Source: a virus
Strand: one strand, 5' to 3'
Virus genome (UHGV): UHGV-0367612
DNA: 64,000 nucleotides
The notes under the pieces were generated by a model. It was not told the origin of the DNA, made no database searches, and saw only the letters and a list, made by a program, of their open reading frames with translations. Made by a program: the position numbers and the translations under genes. Every line of letters begins with the position of its first letter. The first letter of the stretch is position 1. Positions 52,358 through 61,248 of this stretch are shown piece by piece.

Positions 52358-53851
52358 CTATTCTCTGTTAGGTAGTGAATCGTCCTCTATAACATCAACC
52401 TGTCTTCTGGCTAAGGATTTGAGATGTCTTTGGGCCTTTTTGTCCTTAGCCTTTAGAGGCTGTATGGTATCACCATATTGGTATTTCCTTTTCTTCTTTG
52501 GTGATAAGGATATAGGGCCCTTATTCCCTGATACTGGATTAGGATTTAAGGCTGTTTGAGGCTTAGGATCAAGGTCCTTGAGGCCATCATGGCTATCCTG
52601 GCCTTTACTGTCATTGGGCCTCAGTGATCCCTTTCCCATCCCCAAAAATTGAGGCCCGGACTCCATCCTTGATCCTTGATTTGTGGCTAATAAATCCTCT
52701 ACAGATCCCTGAATGTCTGATACAGCCTCAGTATAATCATTATCGGATACTGGAACACCATCCAAATAAGGAATCCCATTACCTAAACCCAAATCCATAC
52801 CTATACTATTACTCTCTTTAGAATTACTCTTAGATAATGTACTTGTAGATTGATGAATTTCTTTGTTTTTTGTGGGTTTTTCTTTTTGTAGGCTATCAGG
52901 GATAAGGTCTTCATCCGTATCCTGGTCTATATCTTCCTCTTCCCAGTCCTCTACCTGATCCTTTATCCCTTTAGATTTTCTCTCTTCTGCTTTTTGTAAT
53001 GTCAGGATTTTATCCTGGATCCTTTGTCTTAGGGTTTTGTCTTCTGTTTCTTGTAGTTGTTTTTGTAATTCTGGGATTGTGTCCTCTATCCAGTCAACGT
53101 CTTCGATTTGTTGCATTCTTTTCTCTGATCTGGCTTTGGATACAGAGTTGTCGATGTGATCATATTTATGTAGTATATCTAGGGAGATATGTTCTTTCTC
53201 TTCTAATAGTTTGAGCTGAGGTTGGTCTAGGATTTTAGCCTGTTTTATGTTATCTGTTTGTATTTCTTTCGGTTGGGATGTTTGAACTATTTTGTAGGCT
53301 TCCTCTACAGTCAAGGATTGGGATTGGTTATTTTGAGTGAGGTTGTTGTTGATGTTGATGGTAGATCCTGAAGCATAGAAGGTCCTGAATATCTCTGCTA
53401 CTTGTTTATTAGATTGTAGTAGAGTGGATAGGGTTCTGGATATCTCTCCTGATATGAAGGGTGCGTATTTATCTCCTTGTGATTTTAGTAGGATTTCTAG
53501 TTGATGTTGGATTGTACCTCTATCCTGAATAGCCCAAAGTGTGGACATGTTGGCTAAGGCTGCAGCAGTATCCTGTAACCTTTGAGGGTCTTTGAAGGCC
53601 TCTAATGTATGAGAGGTTCCGAGCATACATGATTGTATTGTTTCTACTTTGGTATTTAAAAGATGGGCCAGTTGAGGGATGGATAGTGTCCTATCATTTA
53701 GCCTGAATCCTGACATTGTGTAGATATTGACAATGTGGGAAATCAGTTTCTCTTTCCTGGTTTTTCTTAACTTTTTGCTCTTTGCTTTATTCATTTGCTG
53801 AGCTAGGATTGTAACCCCAGTAGGTCTGGGCATTCTTTCAATTTGTGTCAT
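52358..53851 (-). CDS. large mostly disordered charged protein (N-terminal folded domain, KKKRKY basic cluster near C-terminus)
   Basis: 497 aa. N-terminal ~150 aa appear structured. The rest is low-complexity Gln/Glu/Asp/Lys/Ser-rich. Confidence 0.45.
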   Translation of the reverse strand: MTQIERMPRPTGVTILAQQMNKAKSKKLRKTRKEKLISHIVNIYTMSGFRLNDRTLSIPQLAHLLNTKVETIQSCMLGTSHTLEAFKDPQRLQDTAAALANMSTLWAIQDRGTIQHQLEILLKSQGDKYAPFISGEISRTLSTLLQSNKQVAEIFRTFYASGSTININNNLTQNNQSQSLTVEEAYKIVQTSQPKEIQTDNIKQAKILDQPQLKLLEEKEHISLDILHKYDHIDNSVSKARSEKRMQQIEDVDWIEDTIPELQKQLQETEDKTLRQRIQDKILTLQKAEERKSKGIKDQVEDWEEEDIDQDTDEDLIPDSLQKEKPTKNKEIHQSTSTLSKSNSKESNSIGMDLGLGNGIPYLDGVPVSDNDYTEAVSDIQGSVEDLLATNQGSRMESGPQFLGMGKGSLRPNDSKGQDSHDGLKDLDPKPQTALNPNPVSGNKGPISLSPKKKRKYQYGDTIQPLKAKDKKAQRHLKSLARRQVDVIEDDSLPNRE

Positions 53852-54028
53852 ATTATCATGGTTTTAGTAATCACTTATATGATATCTGGAAATCTGGGTC
53901 TTAGACCTACTTATGAGTAGTTTAAGATAAATCTCTACAAATTCTTTTTAGTTAACTAGATACACAAAAAGAAAGAGCCAAATCATTCAATTTGACCCTT
54001 TCCAGTTAATTCAAATTATGGAGTTTAC

Positions 54029-54295
54029 TCAAAAAGTCGCATCTATGTCGATATATACTAAAGTCCCAGGATTAAACCTGTATTCCTCTTCCTCCTCTGT
54101 TTCTATTACCAGTTCCTCAGTCTCATCATCCATGTATATAGATTGAACGTGATCTATGGTTTGTTCTTTACTGATTTCTGATATGGTTACTATTACTGAT
54201 TCTTCCATGTTTGAGAAAGCCCATTCTATTATTCCTAGAATCTCAACCGTTTGTTCTAAGGTTTTCTCTCGTAGTTGTACTGTTAATTGATCCAT
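54029..54295 (-). CDS. small acidic protein
   Basis: 88 aa, very acidic C-terminus (ETEEEEEY). Last gene of the operon fed from the 55856-55893 promoter. Confidence 0.4.
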   Translation of the reverse strand: MDQLTVQLREKTLEQTVEILGIIEWAFSNMEESVIVTISEISKEQTIDHVQSIYMDDETEELVIETEEEEEYRFNPGTLVYIDIDATF

Positions 54296-54311
54296 GATTA
54301 ATCATTATTAA

Positions 54312-54617
54312 TTATAAAGCGTATTCTGATTTTGTAGTCAGAGATATCTGATCTATCTCATCATATTCAAATATCTTTTTCTTACCTGCATCCCAGCAGA
54401 ATGTGGTAAACTTGTTGGGCGTTATATCCGCTATTGTCGGATCTACCAGGTTAATTTTCATTGTACATCTCTTGGTTTCTTTGAGTTGAATTATCATTTT
54501 AATTTCAACTCTTTCATTGTCTTCTACCATCCTAAGGTATAATGCTAGCAACTTTATGAGTTGTTGCTTAGCATTATTACTTAAGTCTTTAAAGTCTAAA
54601 ACTAGATTCTCATTCAT
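54312..54617 (-). CDS. small hypothetical protein
   Basis: 101-aa ORF, tightly packed with its neighbours. Confidence 0.4.
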   Translation of the reverse strand: MNENLVLDFKDLSNNAKQQLIKLLALYLRMVEDNERVEIKMIIQLKETKRCTMKINLVDPTIADITPNKFTTFCWDAGKKKIFEYDEIDQISLTTKSEYAL

Positions 54618-54619
54618 GA

Positions 54620-55195
54620 TTACTCATTTTTGAGTTTATTCCAAACTTCCAGGACATTCTTGCAGGTAAGAACCTTATCATGGTTAGTACCAATGGCAGT
54701 TGAGGTCATCCATTGTACCATATCCTGAAGTTCATCATCAGAATTGATATAATCACTATCCTCATTAGAGAGGTATTCTTCCCACATTCCCTGAACCCAT
54801 TTATCAATGAGTGCATTCTTTTCCGGGCAATTTGGAATCTGATACAATAACATTTGGATTTGTTCGGATAGATCTGGTACATAATCATAATAGGAATCAT
54901 CTCCACCGTCGAAGTTATCGAGCATTACCTCCAAGTATTTACCAGCCTCTTCTAATAGAGTTTTTAACATCTTATCCCCTGGAAACTCAGGATCCTCAAA
55001 TGTCCTGACAAATATTTGGGTTGACATATCAATCTCTAACCCTTTCAAGGATTTTAAATACTCTTCGAACTGTTTATCCTTTTCTGGATTTTCTTCTAAT
55101 TCGAATTTATCAAAAGCCTTTACCCATTGTTCTCCAATGAACTGATCAGGAGTGTATTCTCCAATTTCTGTTAAAATATAAAACTTCTTTTCCAT
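54620..55195 (-). CDS. acidic hypothetical protein
   Basis: 191-aa ORF. An internal antisense ORF was ignored. Confidence 0.45.
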   Translation of the reverse strand: MEKKFYILTEIGEYTPDQFIGEQWVKAFDKFELEENPEKDKQFEEYLKSLKGLEIDMSTQIFVRTFEDPEFPGDKMLKTLLEEAGKYLEVMLDNFDGGDDSYYDYVPDLSEQIQMLLYQIPNCPEKNALIDKWVQGMWEEYLSNEDSDYINSDDELQDMVQWMTSTAIGTNHDKVLTCKNVLEVWNKLKNE

Positions 55196-55197
55196 AA

Positions 55198-55524
55198 TTA
55201 ATCTCTAAATAAGGTTAAACTTTTACCTATCTCTTCCCAATCTTTTAGTACCGGAGAATCTGGTACAAATCTTGAGTTTAGGGCTTCATTTATTTTATCC
55301 CTATGTTCAATAACGAATTTTCTCATCTGATCATTTAGGTGATCTTCATATTCTGTTACAGCAGATTCGATGAAGTCGAATAAATTACCTACTTTTGTTT
55401 CGTCTGCATCCAGTAAGATATATTCCTCATGGTCGTTGAGAATCTGTTCTATTTTCCTAAAGTCTTCTCTTAATTCAAGTAATTCATTACCTGAAAAACT
55501 TAAGGTTTTAGTGAACTGTTCCAT
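55198..55524 (-). CDS. small acidic protein, tandem paralog 1
   Basis: 108 aa. Shares FxxGxELLEL ... EY(E/K) ... DWEEIGKSL blocks with the next ORF. Confidence 0.45.
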   Translation of the reverse strand: MEQFTKTLSFSGNELLELREDFRKIEQILNDHEEYILLDADETKVGNLFDFIESAVTEYEDHLNDQMRKFVIEHRDKINEALNSRFVPDSPVLKDWEEIGKSLTLFRD

Positions 55525-55530
55525 GGCTCA

Positions 55531-55827
55531 TTATGCTAAAGGTTGTAACAATTCTTTTACTCTCTCCCAATCTCTTTGGAATCCTGAATTGGGATACCCA
55601 ACTGAAATAGCATTGCTGATTTCTTCTAAATGATCCTCAAGGAACTCCATGACATCATCGAAAATACTTTCCTTATATTCATTTACTGTATCTTCGAGTG
55701 TCTCGAAAAATTCTCTTAAACATGGGGTATCACATCTTGAATTCGGGTTAACCTGGTCTTTAATCTCCTTGTATAACCCTAATAATTGTGAGCCTTTTAA
55801 CTCGATTGATCTTTTAATATTCTCCAT
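55531..55827 (-). CDS. small acidic protein, tandem paralog 2
   Basis: 98 aa. LKGSQLLGLYKEI ... NEYKESIFDDVMEFLEDHLEEISNAIS ... DWERVKELL. Confidence 0.45.
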   Translation of the reverse strand: MENIKRSIELKGSQLLGLYKEIKDQVNPNSRCDTPCLREFFETLEDTVNEYKESIFDDVMEFLEDHLEEISNAISVGYPNSGFQRDWERVKELLQPLA

Positions 55828-55855
55828 AACTCTTTATATTTTAATTATTTAATAT

Positions 55856-55893
55856 ATGCAAATATATAAAACCTGTTTTACTTTTGCAAATCC
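55856..55893 (-). promoter_or_regulatory. conserved Bacteroidetes-type promoter block
   Basis: Minus-strand reading: ggaTTTGCAaaagTAAAACaGGtttTATATATTTGCATatat. The -33 TTTG is 20 nt from the -7 TATATTTG. The ATG at 55827 is ~30 nt downstream. Confidence 0.6.
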
Positions 55894-55906
55894 TAAATAA
55901 CCAATT

Positions 55907-56383
55907 TTACTCATCCCTATTTGTGTAATCTACCACCCTAACATAGATATGTCTATTAGGATCTTTCATTTGGTGTACGTTCTTTTCCTCTTCTCCATCA
56001 ATGATGAACGGGAATTGTACTGGAGACATGGTCATCTTGAAGGTGTACATCTCAACCCCAAATTCATTTTCCAAGATTTCAATGGTTCTCTTAAATACCT
56101 GGAAATAGACAAACGGGTAATTCTTTTCAAATTGCCGGGTCTTAATGACAAACTTTTGCATTGCTGGTGTAGTATAGCTCATTTGACAAGCATCCCTCTC
56201 AGATACCTTGAGTGCTGCAGACTGAGCTATCACAACTATGGTGGGTTTATTCTCACCATGTCTCCCCTCGATTTCAGAGGTAAACAGATAATCTATTTCC
56301 TCTGCCTTTAAGGCGATTATCAACTGTTCAATGAATTGCTTAAACGTGCAATCGTAATTTAACTGATCTAACTTAACTTCCAT
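55907..56383 (-). CDS. hypothetical protein
   Basis: 158-aa ORF downstream of the 56387 gene. Confidence 0.45.
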   Translation of the reverse strand: MEVKLDQLNYDCTFKQFIEQLIIALKAEEIDYLFTSEIEGRHGENKPTIVVIAQSAALKVSERDACQMSYTTPAMQKFVIKTRQFEKNYPFVYFQVFKRTIEILENEFGVEMYTFKMTMSPVQFPFIIDGEEEKNVHQMKDPNRHIYVRVVDYTNRDE

Positions 56384-56386
56384 AAC

Positions 56387-56722
56387 TTAAATGTCTAAAA
56401 TTAACTGAACTCCAACTAATTTGATTGAACCTTCATAAGGTTTCATATATACTCTCTCGTATTCCGGTAAAGTCATACCTAACATCTTGGCATCGTGTTC
56501 AAGCATATCCGTGGGCTCTACCTTAAGTATGTTATCGTCCTTTTGAACATAAACATAAACCCTCTCATGTTTTTGGGCGTTGGCGATAAAACTCTCAATA
56601 AAGTATTCCTTACCATAATGGTCATTACTATCGGATATTTGCTCATCCTTTACCCGTAAATACTTATTGTTTAACTCATCCCAAATTAACTCAGCTGCCT
56701 GTTGTAACTCTTTTTGCTCCAT
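56387..56722 (-). CDS. small acidic protein
   Basis: 111 aa. Promoter block immediately upstream. Confidence 0.45.
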   Translation of the reverse strand: MEQKELQQAAELIWDELNNKYLRVKDEQISDSNDHYGKEYFIESFIANAQKHERVYVYVQKDDNILKVEPTDMLEHDAKMLGMTLPEYERVYMKPYEGSIKLVGVQLILDI

Positions 56723-56750
56723 AACTTAAATATTATTAATTATTTAATTT

Positions 56751-56790
56751 ATGCAAATATAAAAAACCCAAGTTGCTAATGCAAATCTTG
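56751..56790 (-). promoter_or_regulatory. conserved promoter block overlapping a 9-bp-stem hairpin
   Basis: Minus-strand reading: ccaagaTTTGCAttagcaacttgggtttTTTATATTTGCAT. aaacccaag and cttgggttt form an inverted repeat across the spacer. Confidence 0.5.
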
Positions 56791-56817
56791 GGTTTCCTTA
56801 TTAACCTGAATAACCTT

Positions 56818-57183
56818 TTATTCTGTGATGATAACTCCTGACCTCATACCTTCATAAATAAGATAAGAGATTAACTGAAGAGGGCAGTTTACCACTCTTT
56901 TTCCATATCTCTCCAAGTCCAGAGCATACATGGTTACAAGTGATACTGTGGTAAACGTGTCTGTTTCTGGGTCATAGCTCCCACGTCCTCCAACTTCTTC
57001 GTTAATCACATCCCAATCTACAATTTCGGGATTTTGTACTGTGATACCTTCTACCTGGTCTATGTCTGGGATGGGTACTCCTCTCAAGAAATACCTATCA
57101 TCTTTTTTCTCTAACATCTCATTATCTCTAAGATAATACTGTGTTTTCAGTAGGTCTTTACCCTTAAATTTCTTGATTGCCAT
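56818..57183 (-). CDS. hypothetical protein
   Basis: 121-aa ORF overlapping the upstream gene by 20 nt. Confidence 0.4.
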   Translation of the reverse strand: MAIKKFKGKDLLKTQYYLRDNEMLEKKDDRYFLRGVPIPDIDQVEGITVQNPEIVDWDVINEEVGGRGSYDPETDTFTTVSLVTMYALDLERYGKRVVNCPLQLISYLIYEGMRSGVIITE

Positions 57184-57448
57184 TTTCTACGATTTCTAAA
57201 ATGTAAGTGTTATTATCCCATACAAATGTGGGATTGTTGATTGATTTCGCTTTACTTTGTAATAACCTCAACCCTACTGATTGTGGTATTCTTATCATTA
57301 CCTTATCACGTATCCTACCGCTCTCTACTACCTCTTGGTGTATTTTATTATCCCATAAGAAAAGCGTTTCCTTCTCAGAATCCATGTAAATGAAATCTCT
57401 GATTGGGATTTGCTCTAATAAATATTCAAAATCTTTCGTGATTAGCAT
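57164..57448 (-). CDS. hypothetical protein
   Basis: 94-aa ORF. A terminator-like hairpin (ggagta...tactcc, 57456-57480) and a TAtttaTG element lie upstream. Confidence 0.4.
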   Translation of the reverse strand: MLITKDFEYLLEQIPIRDFIYMDSEKETLFLWDNKIHQEVVESGRIRDKVMIRIPQSVGLRLLQSKAKSINNPTFVWDNNTYILEIVENGNQEI

Positions 57449-57508
57449 ATCTAGTTTACATTAAAAAGGAGTAAAGCATAAACTCTACTCCTTTGCATAA
57501 ATACTCGC

Positions 57509-58000
57509 TTATTGGATATTATAGGATGTCATATACCTTTTTATCAAATACAATAGCATGATAAAAGAGTATAACCCTTCTTCTTTAGAGGATACAACTC
57601 CATACCCAAATAAATCCATGAAGAAATTCTTATAGATTGATGTCATATTATCATCAATCATGAGTTGAACAATATTGATGATATCACCAATCCTGTCCTT
57701 TTGTACCAGGATAAACCGACGGTCAATGTCTATGTATAACCCATAACTCTTAAACAAGGTATTCAAGATTTCAGCTATATCCACCGTGTTAATCTTGAAG
57801 TCTGGGCTTATACCCTGAATTAACTCTACCGGAGTTATAGCTTTACCTGGATTTACATCACTCTCCATTGAGAATTCATACCCATCAACATCAAGAACAT
57901 TGTTTATGCTATATTCTTTGATGATATAGTCCTTGAGTTCATCGATGTCAATGTAACTATTGTGCATCACCTTGGGTCCCTCCAGTGACCAATTGCTCAA
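57509..58000 (-). CDS. hypothetical protein
   Basis: 163-aa ORF. Confidence 0.4.
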   Translation of the reverse strand: MSNWSLEGPKVMHNSYIDIDELKDYIIKEYSINNVLDVDGYEFSMESDVNPGKAITPVELIQGISPDFKINTVDIAEILNTLFKSYGLYIDIDRRFILVQKDRIGDIINIVQLMIDDNMTSIYKNFFMDLFGYGVVSSKEEGLYSFIMLLYLIKRYMTSYNIQ

Positions 58001-58568
58001 GGATACATTTTAACCGGGTCAAAAGGTCGCAGATAACCTCTGGATTCTTTGCTACCCATGAGTGGTTGTTGATAACCCATTGCCGATGTTTGTGATATAC
58101 CAGTAATGAATCAATCATCTCATTCACTGATAGGATAGCATATTCAATGGGTGCCCTGAACTCGAAATGGAGTGTAGGTTTTCTTGAACCTTGAGTCTCA
58201 GCCCATACTACTTGGAATGGGTCAAATTCCAATGAAATCAAATCCCATGGTAAATCATTTACCTGTTTCCAAAAATCCTCTTGGAATTGTCCCAAAGTCT
58301 CCTCTGCAATCCGATCATGTAAAGTGGCTTTACCTGATTTTACTTTGGATTGCAAGGTTCTCATGGCAGCTAACGTGATTGCATCTGCCGAAAGTAAGAG
58401 TGGTTTTCTCTTCTCTTCTTGTACCGGAGCATCTTCTACTCCAGTATTCTCTGCTACTTCCTGAACTCCTGCTAATGGTGCCCCAGTTTCGGGGTCAAAT
58501 TTTGGTTGTGGAATCTCAACCTTTCTTCCTCTTTTTGCCATTTCTTTTAATTTTAAGTTATATAACAA
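57957..58568 (-). CDS. hypothetical protein with Pro/Glu-rich N-terminus
   Basis: 203-aa ORF. Confidence 0.4.
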   Translation of the reverse strand: MLYNLKLKEMAKRGRKVEIPQPKFDPETGAPLAGVQEVAENTGVEDAPVQEEKRKPLLLSADAITLAAMRTLQSKVKSGKATLHDRIAEETLGQFQEDFWKQVNDLPWDLISLEFDPFQVVWAETQGSRKPTLHFEFRAPIEYAILSVNEMIDSLLVYHKHRQWVINNHSWVAKNPEVICDLLTRLKCILEQLVTGGTQGDAQ

Positions 58569-58581
58569 TGGTTATTAGTTC

Positions 58582-59091
58582 CTATGCTTCACCCATGATT
58601 TTATTGGGTACATAGCCGGCTTTTGGTTTACCTATTTTCATAAATCCCTGAATCCATGCTTTAGCAGCATCTCCAACTGCCATAATGGCCAGATCATTTA
58701 TATTTTCAATGGTCATGTTCTTACTTTTCTCATTTTGCTTATGAATAATGGGTAGTGCTCTCAATACCAAGGCATGGTTATGGGTTTGATCATTCACTTC
58801 TTCCATTAACTTAACCATAATACTGATCTTATCATCCTCGTTAAACTCCTTGTGGTCTTTAAGGAAACCATCCACTGTATCTGTTAACATACTGTGTAAT
58901 TCCTTATCCAGATCATCCATATCTCCCATAGTTGAGAAGTAATTTCTGAACAGATTCATCACTACACTTACCATTAAACTATCTATAAAAGTCGGGGTTA
59001 TAATACCCGACTCTATGAGTTCTTGAATTTTTCTGATTTCTTCCAACTCTTTATCTGGAAGAGAATCCAGACTATTTATTCTTTTTCCCAT
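58582..59091 (-). CDS. hypothetical acidic protein
   Basis: 169-aa ORF. Confidence 0.45.
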   Translation of the reverse strand: MGKRINSLDSLPDKELEEIRKIQELIESGIITPTFIDSLMVSVVMNLFRNYFSTMGDMDDLDKELHSMLTDTVDGFLKDHKEFNEDDKISIMVKLMEEVNDQTHNHALVLRALPIIHKQNEKSKNMTIENINDLAIMAVGDAAKAWIQGFMKIGKPKAGYVPNKIMGEA

Positions 59092-59324
59092 TATTTATTC
59101 TTTAAGGTTTCATAATCTTCTTCTGTAATCTCTGAGCATCCGGTAATTTCTACTGTGTTACCGATAGGAGCATATTTGGCTGTAGTCTCCACTCTAATCT
59201 GGTTTTTGATCTCTTCAATCTCTCCCATTGGGTGTTCTCCCTCGGTTTCTACATAGAAAATGTGTAGTGACTTTCTACCCCTGTAGTTTGTCACGTTTGC
59301 GAAAATCATAAAATAGCGTTTCAT
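59091..59324 (-). CDS. small hypothetical protein
   Basis: 77 aa, ATGA-type coupling with the upstream gene. Confidence 0.4.
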   Translation of the reverse strand: MKRYFMIFANVTNYRGRKSLHIFYVETEGEHPMGEIEEIKNQIRVETTAKYAPIGNTVEITGCSEITEEDYETLKNK

Positions 59325-59328
59325 CTCT

Positions 59329-59739
59329 TTATCTTATTTTAGTCCATTCAATCGGTTTACCTTTTATCTCTGTAATAAAAGAGTCCCAGTTCTGATTGAC
59401 AAGCAATATATCCATGGGCTCAACTTTTGAGAATTTTTCCAAGAACTCCTCAAAGTTGTTCATGATATTCTGGGATAGCTCCTCATTCTTTCCAAAATGT
59501 TTGTGTAACTCTTGCCTGAGTAATTTCTCAGATTGGATTCGGAATTGGTCTCCAGCCACTTTTAATTTCCCAGACCAGATATTCGTGTATTTCAAATCAT
59601 CCAGTTTTTCCATTAATACAGTGGATACCAGAACAAGCACCATGTATGATGATGCCTGTTCCATTGTAATCTTAGTTCCCATAAGCTCTCCCCCTTTTAA
59701 CCATTTTCTCATGGTGACCCTTAACTGCTTCTGGGTCAA
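59329..59739 (-). CDS. hypothetical protein
   Basis: 136-aa ORF. Confidence 0.4.
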   Translation of the reverse strand: MTQKQLRVTMRKWLKGGELMGTKITMEQASSYMVLVLVSTVLMEKLDDLKYTNIWSGKLKVAGDQFRIQSEKLLRQELHKHFGKNEELSQNIMNNFEEFLEKFSKVEPMDILLVNQNWDSFITEIKGKPIEWTKIR

Positions 59740-60028
59740 ACCCTTTCACTTTTTCCCTTATGGGCACGATGTGAGTCTTATATAAAGACTTCCATAAAAA
59801 CTCAGGTAAGGGTCTAAATGAATTCTCTGATACCTTATCCCACTTTGCCCGGAGTGAGTTAATGCAAAACCGGAATGTACTCATGTCCTCCATTGCATTA
59901 AAATTCGTTATCAGATCATCAAAATCCTTTTTCATGTCCTCAATAAAATTGTTATAAGGGAAATTCTCAGTGTTCTCCAAATTATACTTTCCCAAATACT
60001 CTGTTACTTCCATGTACCTAACCTCCAT
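59672..60028 (-). CDS. hypothetical protein
   Basis: 118-aa ORF overlapping its neighbour. The true start may be an internal Met. Confidence 0.35.
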   Translation of the reverse strand: MEVRYMEVTEYLGKYNLENTENFPYNNFIEDMKKDFDDLITNFNAMEDMSTFRFCINSLRAKWDKVSENSFRPLPEFLWKSLYKTHIVPIREKVKGFDPEAVKGHHEKMVKRGRAYGN

Positions 60029-60321
60029 TAAGCTAAATATTTCTCTTGCAATTCTTTTAACTCTTTTTGTGCCTTTCTCAACTCTTTTGCATCCTCTCCA
60101 CCAGATGCTCGGAATACCCTTAATTCGGCTTTCTCAATTTGATTCCGAACCTTTTGCCGGTAAGACTTCCTTTTAACCGTGTCAATCATACCCTTTGGGT
60201 ATTTGTACCTGAGTTCTTTTCTCACTACCACTTCCTTAACAACCTCTAACTCCATTTGTTCTTTGGCAGACTTGGTTTCCTTAACCTGTTCTTCCTTTTT
60301 TGTTTTGACTTTTGTTTTCAT
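60028..60321 (-). CDS. small basic coiled-coil protein
   Basis: 97 aa, Lys/Glu-rich. First gene downstream of the 60363-60400 promoter. Confidence 0.45.
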   Translation of the reverse strand: MKTKVKTKKEEQVKETKSAKEQMELEVVKEVVVRKELRYKYPKGMIDTVKRKSYRQKVRNQIEKAELRVFRASGGEDAKELRKAQKELKELQEKYLA

Positions 60322-60362
60322 AACTTACTCATTATTAATTATTATAATTATTATTAAATGCA

Positions 60363-60400
60363 ATGCAAATATATAAAACCTGTTTTACTTTTGCAAATCC
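60363..60400 (-). promoter_or_regulatory. conserved promoter block (38/38 nt identical to the 55856 copy)
   Basis: Plus-strand text tgcaaatatataaaacctgttttacttttgcaaatcc is identical to 55858-55894. Confidence 0.6.
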
Positions 60401-60404
60401 TTTG

Positions 60405-60599
60405 TTACCCAATTATCAATCCGATAATCATTATTATCAGGAAGAATAAGAAGGCGATCCCCACTATGGTGTCAGCTCTTTTCTTATTCTTTTCCCTGAT
60501 CTCTTCCATGGTCATGGGTTTGGTTATTTTTGAACCTCCATCCACTATAGCCCCGTAAATTACAGCTACCACTATTATTACTAAGATGATTGTAATCAT
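60405..60599 (-). CDS. small 2-TM membrane protein
   Basis: 64 aa. MITIILVIIVVAVIYGAIV ... IVGIAFLFFLIIMIIGLIIG. Confidence 0.4.
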   Translation of the reverse strand: MITIILVIIVVAVIYGAIVDGGSKITKPMTMEEIREKNKKRADTIVGIAFLFFLIIMIIGLIIG

Positions 60600-60904
60600 G
60601 ATTTCTTTGTTTTAAGTTTGTAAATCTTGTCAATCTCAGTTTGAGATACCACCAATACGTTATTCTCTTCATTGAATGTCCAATCCAATTCCTTAAATAA
60701 TGGATCCATTCTTAAACTCTCTATCAACCTTTTCATGGGTAGTTTATCTGAAAAATAGATAATATTGTTGGTGATGTCTATGGATACCCTTATACGATTA
60801 TGAGAATCCTCTATCCCATGATTTAACTCTGAACTCTCTACGATGTAGTCTAAGAAATCACTTAAACTCTCATCTAAAACTGCATTACCTGTTGAGCCTT
60901 TCAT
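60596..60904 (-). CDS. hypothetical protein
   Basis: 102-aa ORF. Confidence 0.4.
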   Translation of the reverse strand: MKGSTGNAVLDESLSDFLDYIVESSELNHGIEDSHNRIRVSIDITNNIIYFSDKLPMKRLIESLRMDPLFKELDWTFNEENNVLVVSQTEIDKIYKLKTKKS

Positions 60905-61248
60905 AATCCTAAATACTTTTCTAGTTCTGCTTCTTCTTTTAATTCACGTAATTGCTTACGAGTCGTTTTCTTTTTACTTTGAAGCTCTTTAATTTGTCTC
61001 TGTAAATCCTCCACTGCCGCTTCAATATCATAAGGATCATTCCCATCCACTGAAGTCCCAGTATAAATCTCACCCTTGGGAACCTTAATCCCATAATCAG
61101 ATAAACTCTTGTCCCGATATGGATAGGGAATAGTAATCTTCCCGTAATTCTTTGGAGCATCCCACTTTTTCTTCATCTCGGTTTCATTAATCCCATATAC
61201 ACATGATATGAGAATCCCTATCAATACTGCCACTACGTATTTCATCAA
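60901..61248 (-). CDS. secreted/lipoprotein-like small protein
   Basis: 115 aa. N-terminus MMKYVVAVLIGILISCVYG is signal-peptide-like with a Cys. Basic coiled-coil C-terminus. Confidence 0.4.
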   Translation of the reverse strand: MMKYVVAVLIGILISCVYGINETEMKKKWDAPKNYGKITIPYPYRDKSLSDYGIKVPKGEIYTGTSVDGNDPYDIEAAVEDLQRQIKELQSKKKTTRKQLRELKEEAELEKYLGL

